Of a stretch of DNA of 31,778 bases, positions 25,895 to 31,778 are shown piece by piece. Both the position numbers and the translations under genes were made by a program. Position 1 is the stretch's first letter. Every line of letters starts with the position of its first letter. The stretch lies in IMG/VR virus record IMGVR_UViG_2671181118_000006. One strand, written 5' to 3'. The notes under the pieces are model-generated. The model searched no databases, had not been told where the DNA came from, and was given only the letters and a program-made list of their open reading frames with translations. The DNA is from a virus. Taxonomy: Duplodnaviria; Heunggongvirae; Uroviricota; Caudoviricetes.

Positions 25895-28171
25895 TTATAT
25901 GTTTGTTGAGAATCCCGGCCACTCATCAGCAGCCAGATACGTGAATTGTTTCCCGTCATAATTTACGGTTGCCCCACGCGCCAGCGCCTCAAGCTCCCAT
26001 CGCTGGGGCAAGATTCCATTCTGAGCAAGGTCAACGCGGATACGGGTGATTTGCAATCGTTCCGACCGGCTCAGTCTGGCCGATGGTGCAATTTCATGTG
26101 GTTTTAACGGGCTTCCGTTTCTTTGCTGACGGTTTGGCGTTCTCAGCCCGTGTTTTAATGCGCCCCTGAGTGCCTTCACGACCTCCGGCTCATTCCATTC
26201 GATAATACCGTCATCAACCAGATTAAGCACTGCTGCGGCGTGCTCAGAAGGTGTGGGAGCCGGTAACGAAGTATCACCACCGGTGAGCTTTCCACAGTTA
26301 TTGACAGGACTCCGAGGCGCGGCGATGCCGCTTTTTAAAGTTAAAGGCTCCACGACCGGAACTTTCGGAACAATGCGCCAGTCCGTCGTTCTGGTGATAT
26401 GAATATGACGCGCGCCGAGATGCGGCGCGTAAATGCCGACCACTCTCTCGACTTCTTCCTCGTACTCGTTAACTTCATCCGACGGGCTACGGGCGACTCT
26501 GACAGTCTGGCAATCGCGCGGAACATTTGCCCCACCCTGCGCACTGATATACAACGCAAAATCGCCACTGTCTGCGGCAGCGCGTGCAGCCTCGACGCGT
26601 TCGTCAAACTCATCAGCAATGCTGACGCCGCGAGGCAATTTGCGTAGTTCACGGTAAGCCCCCATTGTCGGCAGACCAACCGTTTTAAATTGCGGGATGC
26701 GCCACGTTGACGCCCATGCAGTAACAGCCGCGGCAGTATCTTTCAGAGGTCTGCCGGTATCGTTATCGAGCTGACCATCCAGTGCATAGCCGTCGATATT
26801 TTTTGAAATGTATTTCGCGATATATCCCGCAGCACCGCCCCGGTTAAGGTGCTTTGCCTGAAAACGGTTTCGCGCGGCTCCTCTTTCGTCACCATCCTCT
26901 TTGAGCGCATAGCGACGCATGATTTCGATAATCTGATTACGCTGGCGTGGATTACAAAAAAGCATCATATGCCAGTGCGGCGTTCCGTCGTGGTGTGGCT
27001 CGACGACACGCAAACCGTAGACCTGTAAATCATTATCCTTGAATGCCGTGCGCATCAGGCTCCAGATGCGGCAGAGATAACGCTGCGCATCCTTTGGATT
27101 AAATGCCTCATCGTTCCAGCCGTGATTTAGCTGGACGGTTTTACTTTCGCCTTTTCCGACCTGACGTGTCGGGTGATACTTTGACGGCGCGGTCAGCGTG
27201 ATAAACATCCCCACATCACCCTCTGCGGCGGCGTAACGCTCAATACCGGCAATGGTGTTCATCAGCTCCATCCGGCGAATTTCAGGATTAGAAATACTTC
27301 CCATCACCTTACTGATAAGGTCGATGCGCTCGCCGGTTTCCCTGTTTTCAAGGTCACACGATTTAAGAAATTCCAGATTTGCCTGGCGGCGCGCACGCAC
27401 ATCACGAATGGCATGTTTACTGGCATAAGGAGAACGGTCTTTATTGACCTCCCCGACAGCAATCAGTAACGCTTCATGCCAGCGCATACGTTGACCTTTA
27501 AGCTGATGAGTCCACCAGTCATCGTTAAACAGGCGGGCAATGGCAGAATATGCCTGCCTCGTGGTCATCTGTCCTTTACGGTATTTTTTCCAGTAAAGCG
27601 GGGAAATATTGAAAGCACGTGCAGCGCCAGCAACATGACCATACAGGTGAGCCTGCGCCTCATCCGTAAACAGCGATTCTTTTTCACCATGCGCATCAAC
27701 CCATGCATCGCAGAGTTCCTCATACATCATGAAAAGCTGCGATGAGATACGGGCGGCAAACTTTTTCAGCTCCTTGTCATTCATTCCAGGCAGGCGCGCA
27801 TAGTGGCCACGCTCTGCCAAAAACAGCAACGACGCGTCGGTGTTCATTTCATGGCGCTGATTCACGCGCTCAATGCGCGGCCATAAACGACGCTGAAAAG
27901 TGGATGTGAGGAAATAAAACCCGTGCACCGGGCTTTTATTGCGCCGGATGTAGTCATAGCGTGAAGTAAACAGCGAACGCAAAAAGTAAGGCAGGCGGTT
28001 AATCGTGGATAAAACACCTTGCACCTGACGCATCTCGTCACGTGTAAGGGGTCTTTCGCGCCCGACGGCCTCGCGTGGCGCGTTCCATGCATAAGCACCG
28101 GTAAACGTCTTACCGGTGCCTGCGGCAAATGCTGACGGAGGGACAAAACGCCCGGAGACTTTAACGGCCAT
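25895..28171 (-). CDS. A: replication initiation endonuclease A (rolling-circle Rep)
   Basis: About 758 aa from the ATG at 28169-28171 (MAVKVSGRFVPPSAFAAGTGK...); the track ORF has a TTG-initiated extension. Contains HxH (PHWHMM) and a conserved Tyr region (YIAKYISKN). Size and position match P2 gpA. Confidence 0.9.
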   Translation of the reverse strand: MAVKVSGRFVPPSAFAAGTGKTFTGAYAWNAPREAVGRERPLTRDEMRQVQGVLSTINRLPYFLRSLFTSRYDYIRRNKSPVHGFYFLTSTFQRRLWPRIERVNQRHEMNTDASLLFLAERGHYARLPGMNDKELKKFAARISSQLFMMYEELCDAWVDAHGEKESLFTDEAQAHLYGHVAGAARAFNISPLYWKKYRKGQMTTRQAYSAIARLFNDDWWTHQLKGQRMRWHEALLIAVGEVNKDRSPYASKHAIRDVRARRQANLEFLKSCDLENRETGERIDLISKVMGSISNPEIRRMELMNTIAGIERYAAAEGDVGMFITLTAPSKYHPTRQVGKGESKTVQLNHGWNDEAFNPKDAQRYLCRIWSLMRTAFKDNDLQVYGLRVVEPHHDGTPHWHMMLFCNPRQRNQIIEIMRRYALKEDGDERGAARNRFQAKHLNRGGAAGYIAKYISKNIDGYALDGQLDNDTGRPLKDTAAAVTAWASTWRIPQFKTVGLPTMGAYRELRKLPRGVSIADEFDERVEAARAAADSGDFALYISAQGGANVPRDCQTVRVARSPSDEVNEYEEEVERVVGIYAPHLGARHIHITRTTDWRIVPKVPVVEPLTLKSGIAAPRSPVNNCGKLTGGDTSLPAPTPSEHAAAVLNLVDDGIIEWNEPEVVKALRGALKHGLRTPNRQQRNGSPLKPHEIAPSARLSRSERLQITRIRVDLAQNGILPQRWELEALARGATVNYDGKQFTYLAADEWPGFSTNI

Positions 28172-28436
28172 GTGAGCCAAAAGCCTCTGAACAACGCTTG
28201 CTGAGTTGCTCAACCTGCGCGTTTAAATCAGCAAAAGATTTTGCGCTTCCGGTCATAATATCGTGATGCATCAGGCCGGAAACGAGCTGGCTTAATTTCG
28301 GGTAATAACCAACCACCGCCAGCCATTCCTGACCGGCGTTTTTACCGCTTTCAGCTCTCTTTTTCTCGTGGAGAATAAACTGAAAGCTGTCACTGGTAAC
28401 GACATAACGTTCGCCAATTTCAATACGAATACTCAT
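28161..28436 (-). CDS. early-operon hypothetical protein (orf83-like)
   Basis: 91 aa; tightly packed between the zinc-finger ORF and A, overlapping the A start. Confidence 0.7.
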   Translation of the reverse strand: MSIRIEIGERYVVTSDSFQFILHEKKRAESGKNAGQEWLAVVGYYPKLSQLVSGLMHHDIMTGSAKSFADLNAQVEQLSKRCSEAFGSHGR

Positions 28437-28663
28437 GCCGTTCTCCGGTAATGTTTGTTTTTTGCTTCAAAGACTGACTGGCAGGAAACACAACGCGTGG
28501 CTGACGGATAAGCCGCACGACGGGCAGCAGGTATTGGCGCGTCACACTCTTCGCAAACCAGCGCAGAAGCACCGCAATGTTTTACCCTTGCCGCGTTAAT
28601 CTGACGCTCCAGTAATTCAGCCTGTTGTTCCTGAATAAAATCTACGTTGTCCGGCATTACCAA
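28433..28663 (-). CDS. C4 zinc-finger protein (TraR/DksA-like; orf82-like)
   Basis: 76 aa with CGASALVCEEC...TRCVSCQ (Cys-x...-Cys-x2-Cys ... Cys-x2-Cys). Confidence 0.75.
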   Translation of the reverse strand: MVMPDNVDFIQEQQAELLERQINAARVKHCGASALVCEECDAPIPAARRAAYPSATRCVSCQSVFEAKNKHYRRTA

Positions 28664-28962
28664 CTCCTTTTGTCGTTAAGTTTTTTAAATTCATCAGCGC
28701 AATAGCTAGCAATTTCTGTCGTTAATTTCGTCAGTTCATCCACGGAGGAGATTTGCTTGTGAAATACAGCGCGTTTAACAAGTAAATTGACCACATCAGA
28801 CAGGAGATTTAATTCGTTCTGATAAATCGCGATAACAGACTCAGTTATTTCGCGTTTTTCTTTATCAAGACCAAGTTGAATAAGAGATAAATCGCCATTT
28901 TTCATAACGGTGATTTTTAAGGCGTTATTCAGTAATACAACTGAACGAGAACAGGACATCAA
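28657..28962 (-). CDS. early-operon hypothetical protein (orf81-like)
   Basis: 101 aa; overlapping-stop/start packing in the early operon. Confidence 0.65.
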   Translation of the reverse strand: MMSCSRSVVLLNNALKITVMKNGDLSLIQLGLDKEKREITESVIAIYQNELNLLSDVVNLLVKRAVFHKQISSVDELTKLTTEIASYCADEFKKLNDKRSW

Positions 28963-29183
28963 AGCACCTCCCCGCGAGACAATCCGATATTGTGAAATTT
29001 TTCCGACTCCTGACTGAGCAGCTCGACTATCTCTACGCGGGATAACTCCGCCTTTGTGATGTGGCGAATCATGGCGTCAAGATGAGAAGAAAAGCGCGTC
29101 GCTGCGTCGGCCTGTGCTTCGGTTCTGGCCTGTTGCAGCAGTAATGCGTATTTACCGCACTGATTTTCAGAAACTGTATGCAT
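28959..29183 (-). CDS. early-operon hypothetical protein (orf80-like)
   Basis: 74 aa from the ATG at 29181-29183 (MHTVSENQ...), preceded by a GGAGAAAG RBS. Confidence 0.65.
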   Translation of the reverse strand: MHTVSENQCGKYALLLQQARTEAQADAATRFSSHLDAMIRHITKAELSRVEIVELLSQESEKFHNIGLSRGEVL

Positions 29184-29246
29184 GACTTTCTCCAGGCAAA
29201 AAGAAGCCCCGCACAATTAAGTGCGTTAAAAACTCTGGTTAATTAC

Positions 29247-29747
29247 TTAATGCAGATATTGCTCTGGTTTTACCGACGTCAGAATTGTCGGTGCATACTC
29301 AAACAGGCTGAATAATTCACGTAATGCACGGAATAAGGCATCACGCCAGTAACATGATTCTTCATTAATTCGCCAGTATGGCTGGTTGAATTCTTTTTCA
29401 GTCAATCCGGCATGCATAAATAAAGTACGGCGCTGACTGACAGTTAAAAAGCTAATATATGCATACTCACTTGCACCGACCTGACGGCGTTTTGAGAATG
29501 CCCCACGCAGTTCATCAATTGCACATACCAGTCGTTCACGTTCGACGTCGTTCATTTCTTCAAAACGCATCGTTGCGTGACGCTGTTTTAACTGCGCATG
29601 AAAGCAAACCGTTAGCCGTTCGCGTTCCATCATCTGATTATAATAATCGCATGTCTCCTGCCAGCGAGGGACGGCCAGATGCTTACCAATTATCCGGCGC
29701 ATGGCTGCTGGCTGTTTTTCGACGAGATTAAGCGTCATCACTGTCAT
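29247..29747 (-). CDS. B: replication protein B (helicase loader)
   Basis: 166 aa, same length as P2 gpB; position between the cox-side small ORF and orf80. Confidence 0.85.
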   Translation of the reverse strand: MTVMTLNLVEKQPAAMRRIIGKHLAVPRWQETCDYYNQMMERERLTVCFHAQLKQRHATMRFEEMNDVERERLVCAIDELRGAFSKRRQVGASEYAYISFLTVSQRRTLFMHAGLTEKEFNQPYWRINEESCYWRDALFRALRELFSLFEYAPTILTSVKPEQYLH

Positions 29748-29914
29748 TTCCAGACCCTCCGGCTTTTCAGAAAGGTCAGAGCCTTTTTTAACGGACTCTG
29801 TTTTTTGGTACGGATAATGATTCCCTTGCGTCCCTTCCCGTGGGTGATGGTGAAGTCAATCGCCCTGGGGCTTTCGTTACGCAATAACTGAGCAATACAA
29901 CGAGGCTCGTTCAT
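29744..29914 (-). CDS. small early protein (orf78-like)
   Basis: 56 aa from the ATG at 29912-29914 (MNEPRCIAQ...), preceded by AAGGTGGA overlapping the cox stop; its stop overlaps the B start. Confidence 0.55.
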   Translation of the reverse strand: MNEPRCIAQLLRNESPRAIDFTITHGKGRKGIIIRTKKQSPLKKALTFLKSRRVWK

Positions 29915-29924
29915 CCTTTCCACC

Positions 29925-30296
29925 TTAAGCCGCACGGCCATGTCTTGATTTGCTGTAACTAATGCGATTTTTCCATTCATGCCATTCTGTCGGAGCTTCA
30001 TCAACCAGTTGGGCTGCGTACTTGTCCCACTCACGGCGATTAATCCATAATTCAGCTTTCCCTCTTGGTTTTAATGGGTCTGTCATGTAGAAGGCTGGCA
30101 GCTTGCCTGCTTTAGCCATTTCAGCCACCGCGCGTGGTGTCTTACCGATGTAAAGAGCAAAACCTTCTTTCGACAGCAAATCAGATGGGCGCTCTGAAAT
30201 CTGAATGCTTTTACGTTTGGCTTCATTTTCGAAACTTGCCTCATCGCTAGTTGGACAAGAAATTTCTACATTTGTCGTCACTTTGCTATCCTCCAT
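29925..30296 (-). CDS. cox: Cox-like excisionase / early-promoter regulator
   Basis: First gene leftward from the immunity switch; the core EGFALYIGKTPRAVAEMAKAGKLPAFYMTDP resembles the P2 Cox HTH as I remember it. Start is ambiguous: the ATG at 30296 has no RBS, while the in-frame GTG at 30279-30281 is preceded by GGAGGA. Confidence 0.7.
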   Translation of the reverse strand: MEDSKVTTNVEISCPTSDEASFENEAKRKSIQISERPSDLLSKEGFALYIGKTPRAVAEMAKAGKLPAFYMTDPLKPRGKAELWINRREWDKYAAQLVDEAPTEWHEWKNRISYSKSRHGRAA

Positions 30297-30389
30297 AAGA
30301 TTTGCGATTCACCAACTGGAGCCATCTAGAGCCTTTTTGAGTGAATCACAAATTGCCAAGTAACAATATAATTGGAGATTAGCAAAATT
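30297..30389. promoter_or_regulatory. immunity switch region (divergent Pe/Pc promoters and operators expected)
   Basis: 93-bp divergent intergenic region between cox and C; contains imperfect direct repeats (ATTCACCAACTGGAG / AATCACAAATTGCCA). Assigned by position only. Confidence 0.5.
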
Positions 30390-30689
30390 ATGTCAAGTGA
30401 ACAAAGTGAGAAACTAAAGCTCATCCGTGAATCCGAACGCCTTAAAACTAAGGAACTTGCTGAATTAATTGGAATTAATTACTACACATATCATGGATAT
30501 GAATCAGGAAAATCAAAAATGCCTATGGAAGCAGGTATGAAGCTGTTTAAGCATCCACGCTTTCGCAAGTATCGTGACTGGTTCATGTTTGATGAAACAG
30601 ATCCAGCAGCTGGACAAATAGCCCCGGCTCTCGCACACATTGGGCAAGACTCAACAACCTTGCACCACTCAGACCAGAAGACTGGCTGA
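30390..30689 (+). CDS. C: immunity repressor C
   Basis: 99 aa from the ATG at 30390 (the track ORF starts at a TTG), same length as P2 C. The C-terminus GQIAPALAHIGQD...QKTG matches my recollection of P2 C; the N-terminus differs. Confidence 0.85.
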   Translation: MSSEQSEKLKLIRESERLKTKELAELIGINYYTYHGYESGKSKMPMEAGMKLFKHPRFRKYRDWFMFDETDPAAGQIAPALAHIGQDSTTLHHSDQKTG

Positions 30690-30782
30690 CGATTTATTCA
30701 GCATATGTGTGTAGTAAATGTACGAAAGAAAATTGCATTAATTTTCAAGTAGTAGAAGTAAACAGCGTCATCGGAGGGCTTT

Positions 30783-31778
30783 ATGTCTATTAAAAAGCTC
30801 GATGATGGTCGTTATGAAGTGGACGTCAGACCGCAGGGTGCAGATGGAAAACGTATCAGGCGGAAATTTAAAACTAAAGGTGAAGCTCAAGCATTCGAAC
30901 GTCATGTACTGGTTAACTACCACAACAAAGAGTGGTTGGAGAAACCAGCCGACCGCCGAACTCTTACAGAGTTGTTAGGCAGATGGTGGATATATCACGG
31001 AAAATCACATGAGCGTGGAGATATTGAACGGGGGCGTTTAACGACAATAATCGCCAAATTTGCAGAAATGGGAGTGTCCAGAGCTGACCAGCTAACAAAG
31101 AAAACGATAACTGATTATCGCGTTGTAATGATGAACGATGGTCTAAAACCAGCCAGCGTAAATCGACATCTGGCAATAATGAGTGGGATGTTCACCAAGT
31201 TAATTGACGCCGGTGAATACCACTCTCACAACCCGTTCCGTGAGATTAAACGGTTACGTGAAGCTGTTACGGAAATGGCTTTTTTGTCCAGTGAAGAGAT
31301 TACGCGGCTGTTATCCATGCTTGATGGTGATGAATTAAATGCAACTCTGGTCTGCCTTTCTACTGGTGGACGCTGGAGTGAAGTGTCTAATTTAAAAGCT
31401 GAACACATCATTAACCAGATGGTTACGTTTATGAAAACTAAAAACGGAAAACGCAGGACAATTCCCGTTTCGCAGGACCTGATTAAACGGATCAAGACCA
31501 AAAATTCAGGCAGGCTTTTTAATGCCAGTTACTACAAAGTGCGTAACGCTCTCAGGGAAGTAAAACCCGATTTACCTGACGGACAAGCAGTACATGTTTT
31601 GAGGCATACATTTGCCACACATTTTATAATGAATGGAGGTAACATAATCACATTGCAGCGCATCCTGGGTCATTCTAACATTCAGCAAACTATGACCTAC
31701 GCACACTTTGCACCGGATTTCTTACAAGATGCTGTGACTCTTAACCCGGTGTCAGGAATGTCCATAATGCGTCCATAA
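30783..31778 (+). CDS. int: tyrosine integrase
   Basis: 331 aa, GGAGGG RBS; C-terminal catalytic region HVLRHTFATH...LGHSNIQQTMTYAHF (Arg/His/Tyr of tyrosine recombinases). The stop is the last codon of the window. Confidence 0.9.
   Translation: MSIKKLDDGRYEVDVRPQGADGKRIRRKFKTKGEAQAFERHVLVNYHNKEWLEKPADRRTLTELLGRWWIYHGKSHERGDIERGRLTTIIAKFAEMGVSRADQLTKKTITDYRVVMMNDGLKPASVNRHLAIMSGMFTKLIDAGEYHSHNPFREIKRLREAVTEMAFLSSEEITRLLSMLDGDELNATLVCLSTGGRWSEVSNLKAEHIINQMVTFMKTKNGKRRTIPVSQDLIKRIKTKNSGRLFNASYYKVRNALREVKPDLPDGQAVHVLRHTFATHFIMNGGNIITLQRILGHSNIQQTMTYAHFAPDFLQDAVTLNPVSGMSIMRP

Noticed and set aside
25735-25944. 69-aa plus-strand ORF overlapping the end of A and the small downstream ORF
   Set aside because: Overlaps the A 3' end on the opposite strand, and nothing in the sequence supports it as a gene.
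1-31778. CRISPR arrays, tRNA/rRNA genes, IS elements or transposases
   Set aside because: No regularly spaced direct repeats, no tRNA-like cloverleaf candidates and no transposase-like ORFs were seen. The only recombinases are the phage integrase and the tail-fibre invertase.

Overview
The window is an almost complete P2-like (Peduovirus-type) temperate prophage of an enterobacterial host, lying reverse-complemented relative to the usual P2 map. Gene order and protein lengths match P2 almost gene-for-gene: ogr-D-U-T-E/E'-FII-FI, then G-H-I-J-W-V-S-R-lysC/lysB/lysA-K-Y-X-L-M-N-O on the minus strand, P-Q on the plus strand, then cos, the early operon A-orf83..orf78-B-cox (minus) and C-int (plus). 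Three accessory regions interrupt this backbone. (1) Between FI and G, where P2 carries Z/fun, there is a Gin/Hin/Cin-family serine DNA invertase and an invertible tail-fibre cassette whose two 26-bp crossover sites I can identify. (2) Between the Q terminator and cos there is an AT-rich insertion of about 1.3 kb encoding a 328-aa protein with a soluble N-terminal domain and three C-terminal transmembrane helices; I cannot assign it to any family, and it is my best candidate for an undescribed single-gene defence or exclusion factor. (3) Between cos and the 3' end of A, the slot occupied by tin/old in P2, there is an AT-rich 514-aa reverse transcriptase with recognisable RT motifs, most consistent with an Abi-P2-type defence RT. 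All calls rest on reading the sequence and on remembered P2 biology; no database search was run.
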